A DNA stretch of 63,790 bases, filler included, from Nemertoderma westbladi (Eukaryota; Animalia; Xenacoelomorpha): NCBI GenBank assembly GCA_032718475.1. It is 3 parts of 3 records of this genome, joined end to end, with 100 filler letters (N's around TTAATTAATTAA, not from the genome) between each part and the next. Parts side by side here need not be neighbours in the genome. Positions count along the whole stretch, not along the records: positions 1 to 25,990 come from JAUCBJ010000254.1; 2 more parts are not named here. One strand, written 5' to 3'. Positions 1 through 12,066 of the stretch are shown one piece after another (positions within the stretch are counted from its first letter, which is position 1; every line of letters starts with the position of its first letter). The notes under the pieces are model-generated. The model saw only the letters and a program-made list of their open reading frames with translations, was not told the DNA's origin and did no database searches. Position numbers and translations under genes: made by a program.

Positions 1-356
1 ATACAGATACAAGAGTGCTACCGTGCCGGTACCAGTAGCCCTATTGTTAGGTAGGCCTCCTCTAATGCTGTATTCACAAACCCCGCATCTCAACTTAATT
101 TAATTTTATTATTAGTAACTACGGTACCGGTAACGCTAAAGCTCTGTGGTTGCTGTCGGAGGGGCCATTCTGTCGTTCTACAGTTAAACTCTGATACAAC
201 CACCGGCTACCGGTAGGTGTGTGTGTGTGTGTGTGTGTGTGTTTGTGTAAACTGAGATATAAAAAAATAGATTTTAATGTTTTTATTATTTTTATTGACA
301 TTAAAACAATTATATTATCCCATCACATTACATTACATTATATGCTTAGAGTAAAC

Positions 357-950
357 CTACAGTACATCTTCCACCGCAGTTATTTCTTTCTGTTTATCAT
401 CATCATCATCAGCCGCAGTTAAACGCTTTCTCATGAAAAAGTGTAGAGCCTCAAACCAACCAACACGTTTTGCTGAGCAGTATCGCAGACAGTTATCCCT
501 TATGTTTAAGTGGAACGCGCATACTGTAGTGATTCGGTCGTGAAATCGACAAGGTGTTAAATAATCGTGATATTGCTTATATATTCCCAATTTCTCCACC
601 GAATTTGGTTCGAGAACATCGAGTTGGGAAACTAATATTGCCCGCTTCATCAACCCAAATACATGAATGTTTTTTTTATATTTTAAATGTCTCTTCATAT
701 ATTTTATAAAGTCATCTTGAGAAATGTCCCCATAGTCCCAGGGCAAGTGAGAACCCATATCTCGTAAATTGTTTACGTGAGCTGCATCTAAAGCTGATAA
801 CTTAATATTAGACGGGCCTTTAATTAAAAACGACTTTACATTAGTTTTGGTGTAATTAGAATCGTATATTGCAAATTCTTTAAATACTACCGGATACTCC
901 TTATTGTCTATCTTATAATATTGAAAATCAACAAAAATAATATTATCCAT
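357..950 (-). CDS. Polinton-associated protein, probable DEDD/RNase H-fold exonuclease-like
   Basis: Intronless 197-aa ORF packed next to the protease gene; N-terminal IFVDFQ...FKEFAI and LPWDYG patterns resemble exonuclease-like Maverick accessory genes (recognition, not a search). Confidence 0.5.
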   Translation of the reverse strand: MDNIIFVDFQYYKIDNKEYPVVFKEFAIYDSNYTKTNVKSFLIKGPSNIKLSALDAAHVNNLRDMGSHLPWDYGDISQDDFIKYMKRHLKYKKNIHVFGLMKRAILVSQLDVLEPNSVEKLGIYKQYHDYLTPCRFHDRITTVCAFHLNIRDNCLRYCSAKRVGWFEALHFFMRKRLTAADDDDDKQKEITAVEDVL

Positions 951-981
951 TTTATCTGATAAACAAAAGTTAAATAATTAA

Positions 982-1434
982 TTACAAAGTTTGTTGGTTT
1001 AATTTATAATAATTAACAAGCCATTTATATAATATAATTTCATTGATTTCCACATTATTTGTAAACGCCCTCATTGGATAGATTGTGTGAATACGATTTA
1101 CCAAATAATAGAGACAGTACAGACCGCATGTGGTCCTCCTGGGGTCTTGAAATTGTTTGCGTGTAGTACGCCACCTTGCGGAATTTTTCTCAAGCCATTT
1201 TTCGATGCATCTGTTTGGATATTTTGGTCCAAACGAGTCAAATACTTCAGCCTCATTATCTCGTATATATATCGCGATCCAATGAATCCCAGGCAGATGC
1301 TGTTTATCAGTATTTACTATCAAACCATAATCCTGCTGCTTATTATTATCTAATTTAGGTAATTTATTAGCTGGAAACGCGCCCAAATAGTGACCACCCA
1401 CTGGAAACATATCAAGGTCCTCTGTAGATAACAT
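982..1434 (-). CDS. Adenain-like cysteine protease (Polinton/Maverick virion maturation protease)
   Basis: Motifs IVNTD..PGIHWIA (His), FDSFG (Asp), FQ...TCGLYC (Gln/Cys); starts 2 bp after the capsid gene stop. Confidence 0.9.
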   Translation of the reverse strand: MLSTEDLDMFPVGGHYLGAFPANKLPKLDNNKQQDYGLIVNTDKQHLPGIHWIAIYIRDNEAEVFDSFGPKYPNRCIEKWLEKNSARWRTTRKQFQDPRRTTCGLYCLYYLVNRIHTIYPMRAFTNNVEINEIILYKWLVNYYKLNQQTL

Positions 1435-1436
1435 AC

Positions 1437-2696
1437 TTAATCGATATGTATTTCTTTCCTGCTATTTAAACTTAATGATTGATCATAAATATTAAAAACG
1501 ATTACATTTATGGTTTCAACCAACGGTTCAGCAAATCTTAATTTTAATTGACCGTTAGTATATATCGACGGTTGCGGATCTCTAACATAGCCGTCAGCGG
1601 TTAGGTCCCAGGATAGGATGGGACAATTACCTAAGTAGGTTTCATGGTCTATATTATTACCCCCATAACCGTTAATATATGTATTAATGTTCTTCATTAA
1701 TTGAGTATACTCAAAAATATATGTTCCATCTGTAAAATTAGGTTCGTATATTACACCCCCAACTGGAAGACCGTCTACAATCAGTTCCGCGCGTCTAAGG
1801 TTAAAATGTTCAAATTTCAAGGGATTGCTAATTAATTCTCCCGAATAAGCGTTATTTGTTATGAAGCCAATAATAACTAATTTGGGTTTTTTACCATCAA
1901 ATATGTTTGTTTGAGTGTAATTTGTGGTTTGAGCTGGAATAGTAAATGTAGTCACCTCTTTCTTTTGAAATTGATATTCAATATCGTAGCTCTCTAAACC
2001 TTTTAGGTGACTGCTTTCTATTACCGGATTAACCTCCATTCTAGGGATTAGAATTTTTATTTCATCTAATTCTAGTCGAAGATTTGTTACGGCGTTTGCG
2101 TTTGGTGTGATTTTAAAAATAAACGAATTTGATACTTTTCTAAAATGCATTCTTAAATCATACCCAGGTTGTATTATTTTAGTTTCAGTATCAAAATCAA
2201 TCGTCAATCCACTTACAAATTGCATTTGTTTACTAAAGGCGTCAGCAATAGGATGCGCGCCGGGATCAATTTCATTTCCGTGTTCAGATAAAGGTTGATG
2301 AAAGCCACCAGCACCCAGTAGCCCATTTTTATCCTCGTAAGTTGTAAATAATAAATTGGATAAGTACGACTTGTAGAAATAATGGTTATTGCTATTTTCA
2401 ACCTGCTTCTCATTAAGGTCTATTTTAATATCACTCCACATAGTTTCAGCTGGGTAATTCAGCATATAAATATGGGAGTTTTCAAGTCGTCTATCCCAAC
2501 GTACTGTACATTTTGTAATTAATAACGCGTCTTGCAGTTTCGTATAGAATTCATTGGATCTGGGTACAAGGAAGGTGACCTCCCTAGATTCGCTTCTGAG
2601 ATTAGATACAGGGTAAATTGTTTCATAATGTTTTGCTTTAAATTCAGTCTGTATTGGCTGTGTAGAAAATAAATCTAATTCCTTAATAATTGACAT
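1437..2696 (-). CDS. Polinton/Maverick major capsid protein (double jelly-roll, PY)
   Basis: 419 aa; ELDLF..PIQT N-terminus, YxSYLxxLL, PKLVIIGF...AYSG...NPLKFEHFNL, WDLT, LKLRFAEPL, all typical of Polinton MCPs. Confidence 0.88.
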   Translation of the reverse strand: MSIIKELDLFSTQPIQTEFKAKHYETIYPVSNLRSESREVTFLVPRSNEFYTKLQDALLITKCTVRWDRRLENSHIYMLNYPAETMWSDIKIDLNEKQVENSNNHYFYKSYLSNLLFTTYEDKNGLLGAGGFHQPLSEHGNEIDPGAHPIADAFSKQMQFVSGLTIDFDTETKIIQPGYDLRMHFRKVSNSFIFKITPNANAVTNLRLELDEIKILIPRMEVNPVIESSHLKGLESYDIEYQFQKKEVTTFTIPAQTTNYTQTNIFDGKKPKLVIIGFITNNAYSGELISNPLKFEHFNLRRAELIVDGLPVGGVIYEPNFTDGTYIFEYTQLMKNINTYINGYGGNNIDHETYLGNCPILSWDLTADGYVRDPQPSIYTNGQLKLRFAEPLVETINVIVFNIYDQSLSLNSRKEIHID

Positions 2697-2698
2697 TA

Positions 2699-3361
2699 TT
2701 AAAAAATACTTTTTTCGCAGTGTTTCAGTTTGCCTTTTATATTTCTCTTTTTACTACGTCGATGATGTATGTTCATAGACATTGGTCTAGCGGGTCGCTT
2801 TAAATCTCTATAAACTTTTTCTACAACCGACCTTGTTGATGGTTTCATTTTATTTAATGCTTTATTAATAACCGTATTAGCCTGCTGATGTAAGACTCGC
2901 TTACCTTTTGGTATTACGTGTTGTCTCATAAATTTTGTGGTAAATGGTAAAGCTTTCTGTAAAACTTTTTTAGCTAATGGCTTACCAAATTTTTTCAATG
3001 TAGATAAAGCGTCTGTAAATATACCTTCTCCGTGTTGATTTGCCTGCATACCTCTACGATAACGCTGAAAACGACGTTGTTTTAAGTTTGGACCAAATGC
3101 GCCAATTTGTTGACCGTAAGGGTCAATATATGAACCACCACGAAAAACAGGAACTTGCGCGGTCACACCAGTCTTGGGTCTGTCGTCCGGTCCCTGAAGT
3201 GGGGTATTAATGAATGTTTCCACAGCTCCTGGCTCCTCGTAAACACTACTCGAGCCAGCCTCGCTCTCTGACAGCCCCATCTGCGTCAGTTCCAGTCGGT
3301 GCTTCTGTTTTGCCTGGTACTGCATAAGCCCCCTCAACCGGGCGTGCATGTCATCCCGCAC
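2699..3361 (-). CDS. Polinton basic core/membrane-lytic-like precursor (C-terminal part; 5' part degraded)
   Basis: VPVFRGG...QHGEG followed by amphipathic basic helix IFTDALSTLKKFGKPLAKKVL; the frame continues upstream to about 3575 as E/R-rich repeats through two stops. Confidence 0.6.
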   Translation of the reverse strand: MRDDMHARLRGLMQYQAKQKHRLELTQMGLSESEAGSSSVYEEPGAVETFINTPLQGPDDRPKTGVTAQVPVFRGGSYIDPYGQQIGAFGPNLKQRRFQRYRRGMQANQHGEGIFTDALSTLKKFGKPLAKKVLQKALPFTTKFMRQHVIPKGKRVLHQQANTVINKALNKMKPSTRSVVEKVYRDLKRPARPMSMNIHHRRSKKRNIKGKLKHCEKSIF

Positions 3362-3826
3362 ACGTTTTCCCGTTATATCTCTCTCACTGTCCTCTCATGA
3401 ACTCTGCTCGCCCAATTCCGCCTCTCTCATAACTCTCTCAAGTCGTCTCGCCTCGCGCTCTCTTCGCTAATTCTCCTCTCTCGCCCCACGCTCTTTACGT
3501 TCTTTCTCCTCTCTCGCCTCACGCTCTTTACATTCACTCTCCGCTCTCGCCTCTCGCCTCTCTCGCCGCCTCGCGCTGTTTATTATTTTGGTTACTACGG
3601 GGACTGCTGGATGTCATTGTAAAGAAAGAAATTGAAAGAATTCTAGCGTTGTGGCTTTCCTCAGTTGCCAACTGAGGAATAGTAATTCATTCAATGCTCA
3701 GCAATATCCTTGTTTCATTGCTTATCAATTTTTCACTGCTTTACCGTAGGTTTGCAGTGTTTTCCCTGTGTCTGTATGATTTCATACAGTAGGAGTACAT
3801 TTACAGATCTGGGCAGCTAGGCTTGT

Positions 3827-5047
3827 TGTAAATGCTTTTGCGGATCTAGCTAGTCATTTTCCCCGCAAAGTACTCTTTAGGTGTTTTAGCGGACATAAAA
3901 AGCCGTTTTCTTACTGTGTAGGTGTTTTAGTGGACATAAAAAGCCATTTTTCTGTATGTGTACTTTAGCGGACATAACAAGCCATTTCATGCCGCAATAC
4001 GCCATAATACTCTTAATACAGTGTAGTTCAGATGACGACATCTATCAGCTGATATGTCGACGTGGAGCTTTTGGCTTTCTTTGTTCAGGCTCGCTCGACC
4101 AATCAGAGCTATTTTCATTTTATCTTGGACAGTGCCTATAGAAACTCATGCAATTCAGTCAGTGTGTATCTTTCTAAGCCCAGAACACTGGCTTAGGATT
4201 CTTCTGTACTTCTGTGGAAGTTTCAGACTTTGACCTAAACCTCAGAAACATCAGATGGCTTTGATCAAAGGAACGTAAAACTATTAACATAGCACACAGC
4301 AGACTCACGGCGCAGCACACCGCCACATCACGGCATCACGCAACGCGATTCAACTACACATACTGACTGTTCACTGCATTATTTGATTCTGTTATTAATT
4401 GGTGTTACTGTGTTATGTTGGTATATATTGCTGATATATTTGGAGAATACCGATGAATAATCATAAAACCCTCAATCTCTTTGATTACTAAAGGTTAGAG
4501 GAACAGGTTTACCGGTAGCAACTGCGACTTACATTATAGTGGTTTTTGTGTGAATTGAATGCTATTTCATAATCCCTACATGTGTCAGTTGCGATCCTCC
4601 TTATATATGATCAAATTCAGTGACGGTCGGCAGATCAGTGCGCAGTAGTGTGAACTAGTGTGAAGTCGTGTGAAGTAGTGTGAAGGTTAATAAAGCATCT
4701 CCTAAAGAATGCGCCTTTTACGAAACTCAGTAGCCATCCAGTTGTGATTAGTATAAGTCATAACTCTGTTTTATACTTAAAGCGCCACGTCCTAAAGGAA
4801 CTGTTAATATTTCCCCGAAAGTAAATATATTGTCAGAGATTATATATTAACGATCAATCGAATAATACAGTAGGTCTACACTGCAATCACTATCAAAGCA
4901 TCCGAATCCAGTCTCCCTTAACTGTGGGTGAATGGTCGCGCACAGGCTGGCTTCGGCTGATGTACCTTCAGTACATTAAATAATTGATATACAAAAAGAC
5001 ACCTAAAATTGGCAGGTTAAACTGCTAAAGGTCTAAAAGCGCGAACA
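3827..5047 (+). repeat. 5' LTR of element 1 (1221 bp)
   Basis: TGTAAATGC...GCGCGAACA; about 12 differences from the 3' LTR by eye; CCAAT near 4099, TATA-like near 4137, AATAAA at 4689. Confidence 0.97.
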
Positions 5048-7028
5048 TTAATAGTTTTAACTCCTGATTGCAGCGTAGGCAATAAATATTTTGTCTATTG
5101 TTCTGGTAAGAACAATAACAGTTATTCTTTCTTTATTGCAACGTAGGCAATAAAGGTAAAAGTACCGGTCGACCGGTAACCAGTAGGCCTAACTGCCTAA
5201 CCACCCGAACCGGTACTTACAGCAGTACAGGTACTAGTATTATTTCGATTGTGATATATTGTATATTGGTAGGCTGTTTAAGAGATTAGGGACTGTACAC
5301 CCCTTGTTTCTTTTGGAGCTTATTTATTTCTGTCAGTTTTATTTATTTGTAAGTTAATATTGAGCAGAAGGCATGTAAGCCTGCTCAGATTGTACAGATA
5401 ATTTGTAGGCTGGATTGTTGTCTGGCTGTTGTCAGGTCCGAAGAGATTGCAGTGTGTGTAGAGTGTATGTCCGATAAAGTACTAGTTAGGAACGTGGGGG
5501 CATCCAGTGCTGTAAGGTAAATCCCCCCCGAAAGAATAAGTCGTACTACTCGGTTAGAACGCATACTAACTAACCATTTCGGAGTCTGCATATACTGTAG
5601 TTTATTTAGGCTTGATAGTAGTCTGCCAGCATTTGGTTTGTATTTTGTTTGTGTAGTCTGTACGGGTAGCGTAATATTTATTATTCAGAGTTTATGCGAT
5701 TATTCGCAACATACATACCCCCAAGTTTATTCCTACAGTAATTGTGCTTGTTATACATACCGTTATAGTTAAATTAACCCCGGTACTACATCAGGGCTGT
5801 TCGGTGTAGGTAAAGACTGGTGATTTTATGCTCTGGTCACTCCGGCAGATACCGTGGTTCTTTTAGCTGTACAAGTATTTTTAACTGCTGGTTATTTGTT
5901 GTATAAGTACTTGTACCTAATTTAGGGTTTAGTGTACAGTGCTTTCCGAAGGTAATTAGTGTGTAGGCAGTATATTTGTGTTGTAAAGTGGTTAATAGGC
6001 ATGTTAGCTATAGTAGGCTGCGGTAATTAACTTCTAGGTAGGAACACTCCGGGTACATAACGTAGTACTTATAGCGCTACGGCTATAAGTCGTCAAACGG
6101 TGGTATTTTTCCTATCTAGACAACGCAATATATTTACTACTGCTTTATTATTTTCAAATACCGTAGTATCCTGTCCGTTTGTAATAACCAGATATTCTAA
6201 CTCCTTGTTAGGCTGGTTTGTAGATTTCTTGTAAAATTAACCCTAAAAATTCGTACGTGTAATTTTTTGTGTTTATTTAGAGATTGTAATCTCACCCCGT
6301 AATTGTACGTAATTTGTAGTAATAAGTAACTTAGGCAAGTAGAATTATTTGTTTTAGTGTCCAACAAGTAGCACTTCACTGAGAGTGTACAGCTTCTGTG
6401 AAGTGACTCCTTACCAGAAATAATAACATTTATTTCAAACATTGACAAAAACCCATTATACGGGTATATATATTATAAATCAACTCAAATCGATTTATAA
6501 AATAGTAGGCCTGTTATACATCAATTAGGTCTTAATATCAGTTGGACTACTGCCTAAATAACGGTAATAAAGTAAATTAAAGTAACTAAGTAACCCTAAA
6601 AATTCAGAAATTCAGTTATTATAAAATAATTGACATACCGGTATTTACGATAGGCTTATTATATTTATTTCTATAAATTTATGCTGAAATTATATACCAG
6701 TATTCTGTAATTAATTTTATGTCTATAATTATACTTATATATACTATAAGTGTAAGCTAAACTGTATACTGGTATTCACAGTAGGCTTATCATATATTTA
6801 TATATATTTGCACTGAAATTATATACTGGTATTCTGTGACGAAACCTAGTCCGTAATAATACTTATATATACTATAAGTGTATACCGGTATTCTAATATA
6901 TTGTATATATATCGCGTTACATAGAGTAACGATATCGGTAATTAATTACTAGGCTAACAGTGATACTGAATTACTAGACTTGCTTTAACTGTAGTTCTAG
7001 CAGTAGGCATTCAACTGTATAAACAAAC

Positions 7029-10000
7029 ATGTCTGACACAAAGCAAAACCTGTCAGACAGTCTCCTAGATACAACCATCTGTGATCCAGATAGGAGTGCG
7101 GAACGTTTGAGACCGAAGTTCAACTCCCCTCCTACTGTAAGAAAGGTCACCCATCCAGTAGTAGTATCAGACCCTAGGCTAGTCAAACACCGTAGGTCTA
7201 TCATAGGCACTCGGGCTCAAGTCAAGCAGGACCAAGAAGCAGCTGTTAAACAGCAGCAACACCCGAGCCGAGAACTTATTTCTCAGTGGCCCGATAGCTC
7301 CAGTAGTTTGGATACTGTAGAGCTGACACCCGAGCGCGGAGCAAAGATGGCAGATGCGGTTTATTCGGATCCCCTTCTCATTCTTCCTGCAGCCGTACTC
7401 ACTGGGGTATTGATTGCGGTGGAGGAACACCAAATTGATTGGGCGAGAAGTAAGCGATCGACCAAGGACAGTTATGCGGGATACACAAGGGAGGAACTGA
7501 AGTCTATTGTTGAGACGCAATGGAACTTCCCCGGACCCGGACTCCCGTTTAACTTATCGGAAGCTGCCTGGGAGGACTTATACAGGATGGGAGTGACAAA
7601 GGACACTAGTGATCCAGCTGTATGGAAGAGGTCGGCAGCAGGATATGTACAGGGATTCTTCAGCTCTTTGGAGCGATTAGAGGAACAACTGTTTCAACAA
7701 CACCAAGGACCTCAAGAGCAGGGAGAGCTGCTTTATAGGAGAGTTCATGGAAGAAAGCCCGAGGAAAGAACGAGTGTGCACAACATTAACAAAGGTAAAG
7801 TAAGTAACATCAAACCAAAATGTGCATTGTGCGACGGGCCCCACCGTTTAAGTGTGTGTGATGAATTCTTAAAGAAATCCTTAAAGGATAGATGCAAAGT
7901 CATGTGGGATAAGCAGTTGTGTTATAATTGCCTCAGACAAGGACACCAACGGCGAACCTGTTACTCCGATGCGAGGTGTGCTAAGTGCGGCACGAAACAT
8001 CATATCTTGTTGCACACTGAATTCGAAAGAAACAGCCCGAGTCAGGTAAGTGAGTCCGAACTACATGTCCAATTCAGTGATGTGAACGACACTGACCAAA
8101 GTTCTGAGATGGAAGGATTCTATACGGATGAATTCTCCGACGAAAACGAATCCTGTTACCTAATAAATACCGCAGTATATCGAGCACTTACGTATGAGAA
8201 AGAAACCGATAGTGAGCTCCCCCTAACTACTCCTGACCGACAACCATCTTGGAAAGCACCAACTTCCAACATAGGAATCCGAGAATTTCCCGTAGTGCAG
8301 TTGAGAGTCCACGGGTCAGAAAAGAGCTATATAGTGAATGCCCTCCTTGACTCCGGCAGCACAGGAACATTCATCGACAAAGAACTAGCCGAAGACATCT
8401 TTGCTGGACAACCCAAGTTCCGAACTAAGTTGAACATGTCAGGAATTATGCAGGTTTGGAAATCTACAGTAACTACAGATTACTATGTAGGCGCGTTGTC
8501 CACCCCCCAGGATGAACTAGGAGAACACAGTATAAGGTCAGTAAAAATGGTGGCGATAAAGAACTTCGCTACCAGCCAAGTGGAACCTTATAACTGGGAT
8601 GAGGACGATTTCACCCAGCAGCATAAGATACCTAGATTCAACACAGACTACCCTGGAGTGCAAATACTCATCGGCCAAAATGCGCATGAGGCGCTTAAGA
8701 CATTGGAAAAACGGCCTGCTCAACCGCAACCACTACAAACCTATGCGGGAAGAACTAGAGTAGGTTGGTACTTTACTGGACCTTCCCGTAGAACTCTCAT
8801 GGAAAGGCTACCCAAAGAACGGGTCTACCAGGTGAGTGAATGGGATGAGGAGATCAGTGAGGGAAACGACACACCTGAGGGAACACCATACTCCTCAGAT
8901 AATGACGATATCCACCAACTATTCGACAAGGAGAATACCATCGACCTCCTTACGGAAAATGAAACTTGGCAAAACCAAGTGAACCTATGTCACCTCATCC
9001 ATCCAGCGGGACACGTCGATTACAACGACGAACTGAATGAAGTGATAGATCGTTACAACGCGAAGACTCGCGATGAACACGACGTATGATTATTTACTCA
9101 AGAGGCTGTGGAGCCCAATTCCTACGATAAGGCCCTATCGGTAGAAGAAGAAAGAGCCAAGCAGATCCAGGCAACGACGACACGTTTCCTTAAAGATCAA
9201 GGGAGGTATGAAATTGGTCTGCCATTTCGAAAACGAGAACCTAATTTTATAAACAACTGACCCTTGGCGGAGAAAAGAATCGCGCAATTACATCGACGCC
9301 TTACGGCAAATGCTTCAGCAAAAGAGATGTACAAGACACAGCTGACGAAATTCATAAATAAGGGATATGCGGAGCGAGTACCGGAAGAAACACCCATAAC
9401 TGAGAGAACGTACTATTTAACCCATCATTACGTTCACAAACCCGGTAAACCCAACGAAGTTTGGGTAGTATTTGACGGCTCCGCCCTATACATGGGCCAA
9501 TCACTTAATTCGGAGTTGTTGCCGGGACCCAACTTACTCCAATCCTTGTTGGGAATACTCTTAAGATTACGACAATATTTGATCGCCTTTGCCTCGGATA
9601 TAGAAGGCATGTTCTTACAAGTTAAGGTGCTGGATAGGGATCGAGACAGCCTACGATTTCTGTGGTGGCCTGAAGGAGACCTCAACCAGAAACCGGTGGA
9701 GTACTGGATGACCATCCAGGCTTTTGGGATCATCTCGAGCCCCTCAAACGCCTGCTCAATAGTGCGTACCACTGCTGATGACAACCGGGACGCCTTCTCC
9801 AAAGAGGTTATCGACAACATCAAACGGGATATATACATGGACGACAATTTAAAGTCCCTCCCATCGGTGGAAGAAGCCATTGATGTCGCCAAAGGAACGG
9901 TAGAGTGCTTAAAAAGAGGTGGATTTCGATTAACTAAATTCACCAGCAACTCCCGTGAGTTTCTGGAATCGATCCCGGTAGAAGACCGAGGAGTTAAAGA

Positions 10001-12066
10001 TCTAGACCTAATCAAGGACGATCTTCCAGAAACCAAGATGCTTGGTTTGAAATGGGACACGGAGAGAGATATCCTGTTTTTCCAGCTAAAACAGGGAGAT
10101 AATCCAATTCGAACGAAACGGATTTGTCTAAGTATCCTGAGCACTTATTTCGATCCATTGGGATTTATTAGTCCAGTTATATTGATTGCTCGGAGTTTAG
10201 TACAACAAATGTGGCTTGAAAACCACTCGTGGGACGATCCACTTAAGGGAGAACTACTAAAGAAGTGGATGAAATGGGAAGATTCTCTACCATCCATCGA
10301 GAATTTTACGATTTCCCGTTCTTAATTTGGTCACGTTCTCCCCACGTATTCCTATCAACTCCATGTGTTTGGAGACGCCAGCGACATGGGAATAGGTATA
10401 GTAGCCTACCTGAGGGTTGAAACTCCGGATGGAATTAAGGTCGCCTTGGTTACCTCTAATCGGACCTCTAACCTGGAATCGGCTTTGTAACTACTCCAGG
10501 ACGAAGATCGCTAGCGATACCGCTCCACCGACATCTGCGCACATCCATGTTGTTAAAGATCTTCCCAAATACAAGATATCAGAAAGATTTCTGAAGGAGA
10601 AAATCAGCTACCAGGAGCATAAAGAAACCAATAAGCAGATACTGAGACTCCTGCAATGCTATGAGGATTCCGATAAGTATTTCCTGTTGTTGAGAAATCT
10701 ACAGATGCGCTTAAGGGATCGTTTCTCTAGCACAATGATAGATGGGTTGATACGTGTTGGAGGAAGACTAACTAATGCTCCATTATCCTTTGACACTAAG
10801 TTCCCCATACTCATTAGAAATCTTGAAATACAAATCAAAATGATTGTAGATGTTCACAGTAAGCTTTACCATGCTGGTAGAGAACGAGTTCTTAGTGAAA
10901 TTCGAACTCGCTATTATTTTCATAAACCCCGTAGAGCTCTGAACCAAGTTCTTAGGAACTGTATCCCCTGTAGGAAAGCATTCAGTAGGCCTTTAACACA
11001 GCGAGAGGCAGAATAACCTAGGGAACGAGTAAGCTTCTATGAACCACCCTTTACTAATACCGGTGTGGATTTATTTGGCCCTATTGAAGTATATCGTGCT
11101 AGGACTATAGTCAAGCGATGGTGCGTCCTCTTTGTCTGTATGACTTGTAGAGCTATCCATCTCGATATGGTGAATGATCTATCTACCAACAGCTTTATAC
11201 TGAGCTTACGCCGACAGATCGCTCGCTTTGGAACTAGTAATACGATGAGATCTGATAAGGGAACGAACTTCATTGGCACCAACAATGAAATCAAGGCTTA
11301 CATCAAAGATTGGAACCAAAGACAGGTGGACGATCAGCTAAGGGTAACAGCGTCTAGCTGGACCTTCAACGCCGCCGACGCCCCTTGGTGGGGAGGAAGT
11401 TGGGAGAGATTAATCAGGAGCGTGAAGACCACATTTCACTTTATAGTGCCGTGCCGCGCGTATCTCACCGATGAACTTTTGCGGACGTTAATGGAGGAAA
11501 TCGCCGCCTATCTCAACGAGAGACCGCTTATGCCAGTCTCATTGAGTCCCGACTCCCTGGAAGCGCTAACACCCGCGCACTTCCTACTGAAGAAACCTGT
11601 AGCCATGCTCCCACGATCGGAAATCATGGACGGAAACGAATACTGCCAGCAAACTTGGCAACTTATGCAGTTGTTATCCCGTCGTTTTGCTGACCATTTC
11701 GAAAAACATTATCTGCCTACGCTACAACTTCGAACTAAGTGGTTTGCGCAGCAAGAAAACGTCAGTGCCGGAGACATGGTCCTTATTGTGGATTCAGATC
11801 TTCCACGTAAGCGGTGGCAGACAGGTCGTATCATCGAGACTCATATCTCGGATGATGGTTTGGTGCGATCGGTAGAACTCGTCGTCATGCGACGTAACTT
11901 TAAGAAACTGGGAATTGTCTTCGAGACACAGCAGCTCAATCGCCCAGTTGGTCGTTTATGTTTACTGGAAAGAGACAGAGAACTCTCCGGAAACTATGGA
12001 AGGCAAGATACTCTTCCCACGACCACCTCCCTAATCCAACAAACATCTAGGGACTCCCCAACGTAA
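7029..12066 (+). pseudogene. Bel/Pao gag-pol polyprotein, disrupted
   Basis: Three Cys/His zinc knuckles, protease LLDSGS, RT DIEGMFLQ/YMDD, FDPLG, RNase H start HVFGDAS, integrase HH-CC and DLFGP/SDKGTNF/WE. In-frame stops at 9087, 9258, 10323 and 11014, plus a deletion/frameshift near 10460. Confidence 0.95.

Larger units (their letters stand above)
357..3578 (-). mobile_element. Polinton/Maverick (endogenous virus-like) fragment
   Basis: Four co-oriented, tightly packed intronless genes including MCP and adenain; no pPolB, integrase, ATPase or TIR recognised in the window. Confidence 0.85.

Noticed and set aside
9087-9260. Programmed readthrough or selenocysteine at two in-frame TGAs
   Set aside because: Bel/Pao gag-pol is normally a single ORF and this copy has further TAA stops and a deletion; decay is the simpler explanation.
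9434-10144. 236-aa antisense ORF within RT
   Set aside because: No recognisable motifs; typical antisense shadow of a coding frame.
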